Shown here in pieces: positions 1 to 11,519 of a stretch of DNA of 41,509 nt. Position 1 is the first letter of the stretch. Each line of letters starts with the position of its first letter. This DNA is from Octopus bimaculoides (taxonomy: Eukaryota). Below the pieces are notes generated by a model. It searched no databases, had not been told where the DNA came from, and worked only from the letters and a program-made list of their open reading frames with translations. Made by a program: the position numbers and the translations under genes. The DNA is taken from assembly GCF_001194135.2 (NCBI RefSeq), contig NC_068989.1:46268890-46310398 (forward strand), in the 5' to 3' direction.

Positions 1-349
1 ACGGACAAAAATTCAATTCTGTATGCAACACCGTACGTATTTAATATTTTGTTAGTCCACTTTCACGAGCTGCTCGACGTGTTGATTTATGCGGGATGCG
101 ATTAAACATTTCCTGCACTGTTGCCACGTTCTCCGCTGATCGAAATGTAGTTGGACGGCCACTTCTTGCATCGTTCACAGAGCTCGTGGTCATCAGCTTT
201 GCATGACAACTTTTTGTTGTCTCCGGACGCAGTGTTGCATGCTTACCTTTCCATGCGCGCCATCATCACTGAACCCAAACAATGGAATTCCACACTTCAT
301 AGCGTGCTGCTATCTTAGTTTGTTCCTGAACAGTCAAGCAACCGGCCAT
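1..349 (-). pseudogene. Tc1/mariner-superfamily transposase N-terminal (HTH) relic, running off the window edge
   Basis: Minus-strand translation from ATG 349: MAGCLTVQEQTKIAARYEVWNSIVWVQ**WRAWKGKHATLRPETTKSCHAKLMTTSSVNDARSGRPTTFRSAENVATVQEMFNRIPHKSTRRAARESGLTKY*IRTVLHTELNF. It has the RSGRP linker and second HTH pattern, plus three in-frame stops. Confidence 0.8.
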
Positions 350-584
350 CTGGAAAATAAGAAATAAGAAATAAGATAATAAGAAAATAAATAATCCCGA
401 TTAGTGTTGTTTGTTTAAAAAATGTTTTCGTCATGACCGCAGTGATACTAAAAGTTTTATAAGCGATTTCTAATGCCTAGTGACATTAATTCCGACACAT
501 TAATTCTCTCTACATTTTTCGTTCAAATAATACACTTGCTTGTTGTTCCTTTACATTCATCTTTTGTTATCTGCAAATACACAC

Positions 585-621
<37 letters not shown>

Positions 622-1297
622 NNNNNNNNNNNNNNNNNNNNNNNNNNNNNNNNNNNNNNNNNNNNNNNNNNNNNNNNNNNNNNNNNNNNNNNNNNNNNNN
701 NNNNNNNNNNNNNNNNNNNNNNNNNNNNNNNNNNNNNNNNNNNNNNNNNNNNNNNNNNNNNNNNNNNNNNNNNNNNNNNNNNNNNNNNNNNNNNNNNNNN
801 NNNNNNNNNNNNNNNNNNNNNNNNNNNNNNNNNNNNNNNNNNNNNNNNNNNNNNNNNNNNNNNNNNNNNNNNNNNNNNNNNNNNNNNNNNNNNNNNNNNN
901 NNNNNNNNNNNNNNNNNNNNNNNNNNNNNNNNNNNNNNNNNNNNNNNNNNNNNNNNNNNNNNNNNNNNNNNNNNNNNNNNNNNNNNNNNNNNNNNNNNNN
1001 NNNNNNNNNNNNNNNNNNNNNNNNNNNNNNNNNNNNNNNNNNNNNNNNNNNNNNNNNNNNNNNNNNNNNNNNNNNNNNNNNNNNNNNNNNNNNNNNNNNN
1101 NNNNNNNNNNNNNNNNNNNNNNNNNNNNNNNNNNNNNNNNNNNNNNNNNNNNNNNNNNNNNNNNNNNNNNNNNNNNNNNNNNNNNNNNNNNNNNNNNNNN
1201 NNNNNNNNNNNNNNNNNNNNNNNNNNNNNNNNNNNNNNNNNNNNNNNNNNNNNNNNNNNNNNNNNNNNNNNNNNNNNNNNNNNNNNNNNNNNNNNNN
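622..1297. other. Assembly gap, first of 13 (others: 4297-4531, 15672-15868, 16820-17333, 18663-19331, 19625-19634, 23049-23299, 26977-27232, 31696-32519, 36057-36204, 38500-38562, 38914-39417, 40000-40412)
   Basis: Runs of N, almost all bounded by CA/TA/ATGT/TCTA microsatellites. Confidence 0.98.
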
Positions 1298-1599
1298 TAT
1301 ATATATATATAGTATATATGTATAGTATATATGTATATATATACATATATCGATGTATGTATACATTGCTGTATGCGTGTGCGTGTTATATATGTATATA
1401 TTCAAATATATATTTACATATTTGTGCACACAAGCACCTATACGAACACGCACATACACTCACACTACTTACATGTTCATGCTTATAAATACACATACAC
1501 AATACACATAAATATACATAAATAGATAGACAGAGAGAGAGAGAGAGATAAAGAGAGAGAGATATCACTTAGTGAGATGAGCGACTGAGGAAATTCACG

Positions 1600-1760
1600 A
1601 TCAAAAAGATCTAATGCAGCTACGTCGACAGGGTATCCCGGAATTAAGGCAACCGAAGTTTCGGGCTTTAATAACTATCAATTAATGTGATAAGATGTTA
1701 AAATTAAACATTTTAAAAAAGCTTATTGTGTTTTCCTTTTGTTTCAGACTAAATAAATTG
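1600..1760 (+). mobile_element. Second, truncated copy of the left end of the maT-like element at 3469
   Basis: Near-identical to 3433-3600, including the TIR-like motif CAGGGTATCCCGGAATTAAGGCAACC (1629-1654); cut off where a SINE begins at 1768. Confidence 0.85.
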
Positions 1761-1767
1761 CATTATT

Positions 1768-1980
1768 GGCGTGGAGCTGGCAGAATTAGTAGCATGACCT
1801 GCACAATGCTTAACTGCATTTTGTCCGTGTTTACTTTCTGAATTCAAATTCGTCGAGGCCGACTTTATATCTTATCCTTTCGGGGCCGATAAAAGCGGAA
1901 CCAGTTGAACAGTGGGGGCGATGTATTCGACTTAACCCCTCCACCAAACATGCTGGCCATGTGCCACAATTTGAAACTAA
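1768..1980 (+). mobile_element. SINE family B (GAGCTGGCAGAA head; CATCCTTTCGGGGTCGATAAAATAAGTACCAG-type core)
   Basis: Collinear with copies at 24204-24410 and 36821-37015; B-box-like TTCAAATTC. Confidence 0.8.
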
Positions 1981-2093
1981 TATGTTAATTGTATTATGTA
2001 GACTAAATCTAATCCGATATTCTCACAGTATTTTGCTTAAGTCTTCAACTCCTGAATCCGAAGAAATCTAAGATATTAAAATATTGATTTGAC

Positions 2094-2222
2094 ATTTTGG
2101 GACAAACCAGAAAATTCGGGGGCTGTGGTACGTCGATTACATCAACTGCAGTGTTTTACTGGTACTTATTTTGTCGACCCTGGAAAAATTACAGGTCAAG
2201 CCGACCTCGGCGGAATTCAAAT
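2094..2222 (-). mobile_element. SINE family B, partial
   Basis: Reverse complement contains GAATTCCGCCGAGGTCGGCTTG...GGGTCGACAAAATAAGTACCAGT...GATGTAATCGAC. Confidence 0.75.
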
Positions 2223-3022
2223 ATTAAAATATTAGAACTTAATATTTACACACTGACAATATATTATTTGAATGTATATATGTATGTATATACATATCTC
2301 TGTATGTGTACCCCTCCCCACTATATTTATATACAATATGGTTCTGGTTTCCAAATAAATGACTGCTTTGCTTCTTAATTTGTCACCGAAAAAACGTGTG
2401 TGGGTCATTTTGAAGGTATATATTATATTATATTGTATTATATCATATTATATTGTACAATATAATATAATATTATATTATATCATACAATAGTTAAAAC
2501 AATTTAGGCAGACTTTGAATATTATTTAGTTCATTGTTAAAATAACTTTAGTTTCAAAAATGCAACTTGATGTCGAGGAAAATAGTATTTGACACTGCTA
2601 AAGTGAGATGGAGTCCGAAGAGGTGAAAATAGTAGCTTTCAGCTGTGATGCATATTGGTTGAATTGTATACAATATCACATAGATGCTTTATGGGCCCTG
2701 GTTAAGTAAGTACATTGAAGAAAGTATGAGTAAATCAAGAAGTGGCAGTTTGACAGTGAGTGCATAGAAATTTCCAATGACCAAAAAGCTTGACCGAAGC
2801 ATCGATTGCTCCGAGATCACTTGGTAAAGTTTGCATTAACTGCAACCTTTAGAAAATAAAGTAACCCTGATCCTGTTTCTGTTTATTACATGACATTCTA
2901 AACCATTTCCAAACCACTTTTCACAGAAGGAACTTGATGCTAGATACTCAAAAATGAGTGTCTGTGCCTCTTCGTGATTCTTTCACATTTTGCAATCTTG
3001 GTTTCGGAATATGAGATAAAGT

Positions 3023-3024
<2 letters not shown>

Positions 3025-3086
<62 letters not shown>
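3025..3086. repeat. (TG)n microsatellite
   Basis: About 31 perfect TG units. Confidence 0.95.
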
Positions 3087-3088
<2 letters not shown>

Positions 3089-3468
3089 GTAAATAAGTAA
3101 CAAGGTTGTCAAGGTATTAGTGCATTACGGCCGTTTCAGGCGGCTCCATTTAATCGAACAATGCAAGTATTACATCAATTTGAAATACACCACCTTCTTC
3201 GGATGCATAAGACCATATAGGTTTCCAACATACAGGATACTTCATTATAATATTTAACAAATATTTCATCAGACCTAGAGAATAAGATAATTACGTGCTT
3301 GCTGCTATTGATGTAGCATAATGAACTTAGGGAGAAAATATCCTAACTATAATGTGGAGTGACAGAAGAGAATAACAATGAGAATTGTGAGATGGTAACA
3401 TAGCTACAATTTTTATCTATCTCCTTATCACCATCAAAAGATCTAATGCAGCTAGTATACTACGTTGA

Positions 3469-4950
3469 CAGGGTATCCCGAAATTAAGGCAACCGAAGTT
3501 TCGGGCTTTAATAGCTATCAATAAATGTGATAAGATATGTAAATTAAACATTTTAAAAAAGCTTATTGTGTCTTCTTTCTGTTTCAGACTAAATAAATTC
3601 AGATTTATCAAGTAGTTAGAGGAGGCGAAAATAATACAGCTATAGCGAAAAAATTTTTAATTAACCGAACAACTTGGAAAATTTTCAAGAAATTTCAAGA
3701 GACTAGTTCCATTCCTGATCGACCTGGATGTGGTCGAAAAAGGAAGTGTGCGGACTCTTCAGCTTATCAAAATTACCAAAGATAAGATACGGCAAAATCC
3801 CTAAAAGTTGATCCGCCGTCATGAGCTCACGCAAGTTTGTAAGGCCATGTCACTAGTAAGAAGTCGTCTTGTCCTGCGTTGGTTTGCCGAAGACACGCTG
3901 CCTAACCTCGTGTTCACTGATAAAAAGAAATTTGACATCGAACAAGGAGAATGACCGATTTTGGTGCGTATCTGGCTCCGTCGAGGGTTTACACGTAAAT
4001 CGACGTCAAAATGCTCACTCAGTTATGGTTTGTGTCGCTGTGACTGCCACTGGAGAAGCTCCCTTTGATTTTGTGCCCTTGAGTGTTAAAATTAATCCCC
4101 AACAATAATTTGGCGACATTCTGGAACCCGAAATGCTTCGAAAAAGGAAGTGTGCGGACTCTTCAGCTTATCAAAATTACCAAAGATAAGATACGGCAAA
4201 ATCCCTAAAAGTTGACTTCTTACTAGTGACATGGCCTTACAAACTTGCGTGAGCTCATGACGGCGGATCAACTTTTAGGGATTTTGCCGTATCTTANNNN
4301 NNNNNNNNNNNNNNNNNNNNNNNNNNNNNNNNNNNNNNNNNNNNNNNNNNNNNNNNNNNNNNNNNNNNNNNNNNNNNNNNNNNNNNNNNNNNNNNNNNNN
4401 NNNNNNNNNNNNNNNNNNNNNNNNNNNNNNNNNNNNNNNNNNNNNNNNNNNNNNNNNNNNNNNNNNNNNNNNNNNNNNNNNNNNNNNNNNNNNNNNNNNN
4501 NNNNNNNNNNNNNNNNNNNNNNNNNNNNNNNCTGAAGAGTCCGCACACTTCCTTTTTCGAAGCACAACACTGGATTCAGAAGAACTTTCCGTCGTTCATA
4601 GGCAAGGATAGTAAGCCCTCGAGAAATCCCGATCTCAACCCGTTGGATTTCTGTTTGGTCCATTTAGGAGACGAGAGTTTCGAGCAATCCTCATGGTTCT
4701 CTCGAAGCTCTGAAGGCAAAGCTGCGCCAGGAATGGGCTTCGATTCTGCAATAACAACTGCGTGCCGCGTGTGAAGCATTCGCACCAGGACTTAAAACTG
4801 TGATTGGAAACAGAGGTGCTCATATTGAATAAATGTAGTAGTGTCATAATTGTGTTTCCTTTACCATTGCATTGCAACGCTCGGACTCGAAATATATTTT
4901 GCTTTGGCAAAATTAAAAAAAGTTGGTTGCCTTAATTTTGGGACAGCGGG
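3469..4950 (+). mobile_element. maT/DD37D-like Tc1/mariner DNA transposon, internally rearranged
   Basis: Imperfect 26-bp TIRs at 3469-3494 and 4925-4950 (shared AAATTAAGGCAACC), TA after the right end. Transposase relics: DRPGCGRK, LVFTDKKKFDIEQ, VMVCVAVTATGEAPFDFVPLSVKIN, NPDLNPLDF, and C-terminal LEALKAKLRQEW...GNRGAHIE* (stop 4830-4832). Confidence 0.85.
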
Positions 4951-4959
4951 TATATTATA

Positions 4960-4960
4960 A

Positions 4961-5056
<96 letters not shown>

Positions 5057-5150
5057 GAGACAGAAAGAGAAAGAGAAAGAAATGATAGATAGATAGATAG
5101 ATAGATATATACAAAGATAGATACATACATACATAGATAGATAGACGCAT
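4960..5150. repeat. Compound (CA)/(CATA)/(TA)/(GA)/(GATA) microsatellite
   Basis: Directly visible. Confidence 0.9.
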
Positions 5151-5494
5151 AATGGAAATCTACGTCCATACTAATACACATGTGTCGTATATAAGCAAAT
5201 ACAAACGCGATGATATAAAAACACACATATAAACAAATCGGCTAAACCAACCCCCTAATGCAAGCACATAAAGCAGCATAGGGAGTTCGCATCATAAATA
5301 CTGCACACATAATAACACCCTCTTGCGAGTGCCTGTCCTCGTGGGTATGCGCGCCAATGCTTTGGGTATGTGTGCGTGTGTTTTGGTGCATGTGTGTATG
5401 CGTGTAAGTGTGTGTATATATATAAATATATATATATACACGTTGTGTGTGTATGTGTGTTAATGTAGGCATGTATATTATTTACTAACAGACA

Positions 5495-5529
<35 letters not shown>

Positions 5530-5825
5530 ATATATATATATATATATATCTATATATATATATATATATACGCTCACACATATATGATTGTCTATTTTTA
5601 TGTCTACGTTCATGCAGAAATACACACAGGGATATAATCTCGATGAAAAGGTTGTGGTAAGGCGGTAAGGACTTAGATATATAGCTTCTAGTGTCCCTAT
5701 AAATGGACATACACTCGTTATTACGGTAACGAATCAGGAGCAAAAGGAGACAGTCATTTGGAAGCCAAAGCTACACCATATATAAATATGTGTGTGTAAT
5801 TATATACATATAGAGAAGTATATTA

Positions 5826-5878
<53 letters not shown>

Positions 5879-6602
5879 CATATGTACATACGTATATATC
5901 TTAATGTATTCTCAAATATATACATACTTATATCTAATATACATATACGTATACATAGGTTCATTCAAATACATATACACATACAAATTTTAAACACATA
6001 CAGACGCACACACGCATACACACACACACATATGTATGCGTGTGTGTGTTTACATTACGTGTATGTTAATAAGGTAAAGAGAGGAGTGTTATTGAGGTTA
6101 GATTTAACAACGACGAAAGACAAAAACAGAGGGAAAGAAACGAGATAGACACACAGAGAAACAGAGAAAGAGAAAAAAAGAAAGAAAGCTAGAAAGAAAA
6201 GAGGGAGAGAAAGAAGGAGAGAAAGAAAGAAAGGAAGGAAGAAAGAGACAAAAACAGAGCTACAGTGTGTGTTTATGTGTTTATGTGTTGTATTTGTCTG
6301 TGTTCATATGTGTATTGTGTGAAAGCCAGCGGTCGGAAAATTAACTGAAAGGAAGCAGGGAGAAGAAAAAGAAATAAACGGTTGAGTATATTGTTGGGTC
6401 TAAATATTTATTGCCTTTGTTCGTAATGTTGATTAGTAACCCGAGAGTTCGTTATTGTCTGAGACCTGACCTGGGTACCCTCGTTTTCTCGGGTGGTGGT
6501 AGCGGTAGTTGTGGCTGGCAGCAAATTAGGATATGAAGCGGGTGGTATGAAATAAGAAACGAATGAACGAATGAAATGAGACAAAGTGAATTAAGTGCTT
6601 TT

Positions 6603-6615
6603 ATACACACGCACG

Positions 6616-6664
<49 letters not shown>

Positions 6665-6780
6665 ACAGACAAACACACACACACCATGCGCGCGCACGCA
6701 CACGCACGCACGCACACGCACGCACACACAAACACACACACAAATGCGCGCACGCGCACGTATATGCACATACACAGCAC
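6603..6780. repeat. (CA)/(CACG) compound microsatellite
   Basis: Directly visible; source of the HT/VC ORFs. Confidence 0.9.
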
Positions 6781-7199
6781 GGACACGTCTCTAAGCGCGT
6801 ACACTTTTAATGGACTACGTTTATTGTAATCAATGTTAATGTTATCAGCAGTTATTGTTCGCAATAGGGGGTCCCAAGATAATTATTTGAAATGATATGG
6901 TATCAGCTGGCTATTCTTATCGAATAGTCTTCCTCCTAAAGTGATTACAATGATCGTTTTCCACTGTCTGTACATATCTATCTTTCTGTCTGTCTGTCCT
7001 CTACTCCCCCCATCTCTGCATATATACCCCTTATAACCTGGGCAATCCTGAAGCAGGCACCAAAGATTGGAACAGGTCCCTCACGAAAAGGAATATATTT
7101 TGTACAACTGATATAAACAAGGATTATAACAACTTTGAGGAAAAACCCTTAGAAAAATTAATTCTTTTCACAAAATAAGATCAACTATAGGTGCAGGTT

Positions 7200-7380
7200 T
7201 GGTTGTGTCATAAGAAGCTTGCTTGTCAACCAAGTGGGTCTAGGTTCAGTTCCAATGCATGGCTCCTTTGCCAAGTGTCTTCTTGTATAGACTCTGGCCG
7301 ACTAAAGACTTGTGAATGGATTTGGTAAGCGTACGTGTGTGTGTGTGTGTGCGCGCGTGTGTAAGTTTGTTCGTGTGTTT
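7200..7380 (+). mobile_element. SINE family C, 5' half (split by the Merlin-like insertion)
   Basis: TAAGAAGCTTGCTT...GGTTCAGTTCCA...CAAGTGTCTTCT...GGATTTGGTA then (TG)n; collinear with 18460-18662. Confidence 0.8.
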
Positions 7381-7822
7381 AGTAATCTTCAAGTTTAGGG
7401 AGGTAAAAAAGTAAATAAAAATATACAAGGGTAATAACTTAACGTCTTACTAGTATTATCCGTGGAAGACCGGTTGCACAACAACTTATTGTTCCTGAAA
7501 ATGAAATCCTCACTCGTCAATTAATATTAGAAGAATATTGGAATTTTAGTGAGTTATGCAGCAGTTCAAGACATAAAATGTTGGAATGGTGTGCGCGCCG
7601 TCGGTTTATTAGGAATAAGTTTACCTGCGAGGATTGTTTAGTACCATTCGGACTTGTTTAAAACAAAACAAAAAACAAAAAAACACGTGTGTGATTTATT
7701 TATAAACAGCTAAAAAAAAACACATTTCAGAGTAGTACGGATAATACTAGTAAGACGTTAAGTGTAATTTCCCTTGTATATTTTTATTTACTATTTTTAC
7801 CTCCCTAAACTTGAAGATTACC
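7381..7822 (+). mobile_element. Merlin (IS1016/ISXO2-like) non-autonomous DNA transposon, 442 bp
   Basis: TIRs at 7381-7463 and 7737-7822 (start A/GGTAATCTTCAAGTTTAGGGAGG; differ only at the terminal base, a 1-nt indel and one short patch). Perfect 9-bp TSD CGTGTGTTT (7372-7380, 7823-7831). Internal frame resembles a Merlin transposase N-terminus. Element boundaries are firm; the superfamily call is inference. Confidence 0.8.
7443..7661 (+). pseudogene. Truncated transposase N-terminus with the first CxxC of a Zn-ribbon (Merlin/ISXO2-like)
   Basis: Stop-free 72-codon frame absent from the ORF track: RLTSIIRGRPVAQQLIVPENEILTRQLILEEYWNFSELCSSSRHKMLEWCARRRFIRNKFTCEDCLVPFGLV*. Confidence 0.55.
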
Positions 7823-8066
7823 CGTGTGTTTGTTCGTGTCAGTTGTGCCAATGTTTGTTCCCGAATACTGCTTGGCAGCCAGAGTTGGTGTGTTTGCGTA
7901 CCCGTAACTTAGCGGTTCGGCTAAAGAACCCGATAGGATGTGTCGTGTTTAACAAAAAGATATAAGTACTGGATTCGATTAATTCGACTAGAAACAAATT
8001 CTTCAAGGTGATGCTCCAGCATGGCCGCAGTCTAATTACTGAATAAAGTAAAAGACAAAAGACAGA
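7823..8066 (+). mobile_element. SINE family C, 3' half (continuation of 7200-7380)
   Basis: CCCGTAACTTAGCGGTTCGGC...CAAGGTGATGCTCCAGCATGGCCGCAGTC...GTAAAAGACAAAAGA tail. Confidence 0.8.
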
Positions 8067-8202
8067 AGATAAATTCTAATAATAATAGTGACCCTCACCA
8101 AGTTACCCGTTGGTTGAAAACAATTGGAAATTCGTATCATATAAGATGCATAGACACTTGGGAAATTTTTTATGTATCGCATGTAGTTGATAGAGGCGCA
8201 TT

Positions 8203-8591
8203 GGAGGCGCAATGGCCCAGTGGTTAAGGCAGCGGACTCGCGATCATAGGATCGCGGTTTCGATTCCCAGACCGGGCGTTGTAATTGTTTATTGAGCGAA
8301 AACACCTAAAAGCTCCACTAGGCTCCGGCAGGGGATGGTGGCGAACCCTTCCGTACTCTTCCACCACAACTTTCTCTCACTCTTACTTCCTGTTTCTGTT
8401 GTGCCTGCATTTCAAAGGGCCAGCCTTGTCACACTCTGTGTCACGCTGAATATCCCCGAGAAGTACGTTAAGGGTACACGTGTCTATGGAGTGCTCAGCC
8501 ACTTGCCCGTTAATTTCACGAACAGGCTGTTCCGTTGATCAGATCAACTGGAACCCTCGTCGTCGTAAGCGACGGAGTGCCAACCAACAAC
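8203..8591 (+). mobile_element. Full-length SINE family A (tRNA-Arg-like head)
   Basis: GGAGGCGCAATGGCCCAGTGGTTAAGGCAGCGGACTCGCG...GGTTTCGATTCCC (A/B boxes; TCG anticodon loop), (CAA)-type tail, TSD GTAGT[T/A]GATAG at 8183-8193 and 8592-8602. Confidence 0.9.
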
Positions 8592-9018
8592 GTAGTAGAT
8601 AGGCCCGGCAAGGAACAAGCTCTACGATGCAATTGTAACTGACGCAACAGGAATAATGCTGAGTCCTTTCTATAAAGACATTGGCACATTACACACAAGA
8701 ATACACATAAGCATATTTCAGGGAATATGATGCTAGGATCTGTAAGTGTTAGAGCATATTCATTAAGATAGTATTTATTAGGTTTTAACATTTTAGCTAA
8801 GATTAGAATTCTAGATAACATTGGATGGTTTTGGTTTAAAGCTTTGTATCGGATTGTTTACAAAATATACAATTCTTCTTTTAAGAAACTCTCTCTTTTA
8901 CTCTCTCTCTATCTCTTTGCGTGTATATGTGTATGTATATGTGTGTGTATATGTGTGTGCGTGCATGTGCAAATATGCATAATTATGTATGGGTGCGCAC
9001 ATGCACATACACGTGCGT

Positions 9019-9050
<32 letters not shown>

Positions 9051-9231
9051 GCACACACACTCACATTTATATAAACAGATATTACTTCGATTTCTTCATT
9101 TGGATTGGTTTGTTAAAACAAATCTTGATGTGTCTTATTATTGGCGTAAAAATCCTCCCAAGACAGCAATATATGCACATACATGTATGTTTATGTTGGT
9201 GTACATGTGTGAGCGCGCGTGAGTGTAGTGA

Positions 9232-9246
9232 GAGAAAGAAAAAGAG

Positions 9247-9288
<42 letters not shown>

Positions 9289-9329
9289 TGTGTGTGTGAG
9301 AGAGAGAGAGTGTGTGAGAAAGAGAGAGT

Positions 9330-9370
<41 letters not shown>
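9232..9370. repeat. (GA)/(GATA)/(GT) compound microsatellite
   Basis: Directly visible. Confidence 0.9.
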
Positions 9371-9372
<2 letters not shown>

Positions 9373-11519
9373 TGGAAGAGATTTTCAGCCAATCACTAAC
9401 TACCAATCACAAAATGTTAAGAGATTTACTCATTAACGAAGGAGAGAATAAAAAATGTATATACGTTCGTTCGTTGGAATGTTTGAGAAGTGCATTATAG
9501 CTGTAGAGAAAGACAGGAGAAAGAACCAGAATTAAATAAATATTTGAAAAGACCTAATTTAGATCCGGAGTTTCCCCGAGGAATGTGAAGCAAATTCATA
9601 TTTTCGTTTCAAGACAATTTTCTTAAAAGCGATGTTCATGTATTTTGATCATGTAAACATCCTAATGCTATAAACAGGCTTTGGCGTTTTCACACGTCTG
9701 CATCTCAGATAATGAATGCTGTTAATTTCAATGCAAATTATAATGTTTTGTTCACACCTGCCTACGAAAATATTCGGGCATAAACGTAATTCTACCGATT
9801 GTGCTGGCGAGGCGAGCGCGCGTATATTTGTCGTTGATGTTGGTGATCATCTGTGCTTGTTCGTATCTATGTGTGCGTCTGTATGTGTGCACATGCGTAA
9901 TGCATTTCCATTATGCAGTTATGCGTTTTAATACGAACAATGAATTCAAGCTAAATATACGAGCTTCCGTGTCTAAATATGCATCTATCTATACATTCTC
10001 ATATACACATTTGTATATATGAATATATATACACTTGTATATATGGGTATACATGTTTGCATATACAAATGTATATATATGTTATTCATGATTTGACAAT
10101 GTACCAGTGATCAATCTAACAAACTATCCAACCAGAAGTTACAGCGTTTGCGTGAACGACGACTAAGTCTTCCCAGGAACGTTTAAAACAATAGCTGTCA
10201 ACCTGAGTCATATTACCCCTCGGAATCTATATAAGATTTTTGGTAGTCTACGCAAGCAAAATAGTATATTCGGAACACACAGTAGTATAATATGTGACCA
10301 TGAAAATAGTTTGAGTTAGAGGTATTGTTAGAAAGAAACCGCGTGGTTTCTTTCTCTAACGTTTTACATAGTTTAACATACACAGGTTAATGTCTGATAA
10401 ACAAAATAAGAATCTTATAAGAAATCTAAAACTTTTAGATCATCTATAAAACTTTTAGAACATCGAAAAGCTATGGGAGTTCACTTAAGTAAAATAGTAA
10501 TCAAAGTGGTCCATAGGTAAAAGATTGGTTGGCAGTCACTGTTATTGATAGTAAGAGATGTCAGTTATCTTAACTAGTGACACGATAAACGAGGTAACGC
10601 CAAATATATCAACTGGGAAGATAAATCGTTTCGCAAATGCTGTTTCATTCAGGATACGGCATAGAAGCAGTTCATCACACAGGAGATTTTTTTTTTTCAG
10701 GTGAAAATGTATAAGATCATTGTGGTTAGCTTGGTGCAGTAACGTAAAACTGGTTGGTTATTTGTTGTAAAGGACGATATTTTACTTAAGAGATATTACG
10801 TGATGTAAATTTTCTCTATTTTGCTCACCCACTTAAGGCTGCGACGATGGATGTTTATTAATAGATCAGTTGATCTGATATATTCACGAAAGGAAAACAC
10901 TTTGATGATGATATGGAGCGGAGAGGAAATGTTATAACAAAAATTAAAGAAGATATAACAATCATAGTATCAACATAACAAAGGCTAAGAAAACTATTGG
11001 GCTTCCTTCACCTATAAATGACCATTAGTTGTTAATTAATGTAACCCCACCCCTCTCTCTGTGCACGTAATACTTACATATAAAGAAACACACACAGACA
11101 CACACACACACACACTCATATATAAAGAGAGGTATATTGATAGATTGATATAAAAATATAGGTATAGAGAGTTAAACAGAGATAGATTAATAAATAGTGA
11201 TAATTAGAGTGAATGAGAGAGGGAGAGAGAGAGAGAGAAAGAGAGAGAGAGTGTGTGTTTCTTAAGACGAGAATTAGGTATATCTTATGTTTCGTATAAC
11301 AAGACTTAGATATATCTTCTAAACTTGTTAATCTTCAACAAGTTGAAATTTAACAGAAATATTCGAAGTTGAGAATAAATTTTAATGTCATTTTGTTAAG
11401 TTTAGTAACCAACCCTTTACAAAGAACATATTTTGGTAACCCCTTTTTTCAGGTTACCAAAAATGCTTATAGTAAATAGCTATCATATGTTCTGTGACAA
11501 TTTCCTGAAAAAGTTAAAG

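Noticed and set aside
473-1525. Long ORFs with HT/YI/VC repeats and X runs (also near 15.3-16.1, 18.4-19.5, 23.0-23.5, 31.4-32.6, 35.9-36.4 and 38.7-40.5 kb)
   Set aside because: Translations of microsatellites and N gaps.
2424-2492. 22-bp AT palindrome centred on GTAC
   Set aside because: Expected by-product of (ATATT)n low-complexity sequence.
2540-2830. Possible additional mariner relic
   Set aside because: No convincing translated motif recovered by eye.
8203-8275. Possible tRNA-Arg gene (also 32520-32584 and 38430-38499)
   Set aside because: Continues into a multi-copy SINE body with tail and TSD; no complete acceptor stem.
10680-10742. Strong acceptor T-run-CAG followed by an ATG
   Set aside because: Reading stops after 11 codons; no donor or partner exon identified.
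11428-11466. 14-bp inverted repeat CAT(A)TTTTGGTAACC/GGTTACCAAAAATG
   Set aside because: Short; may be part of the adjacent transposon end, with no independent support for function.
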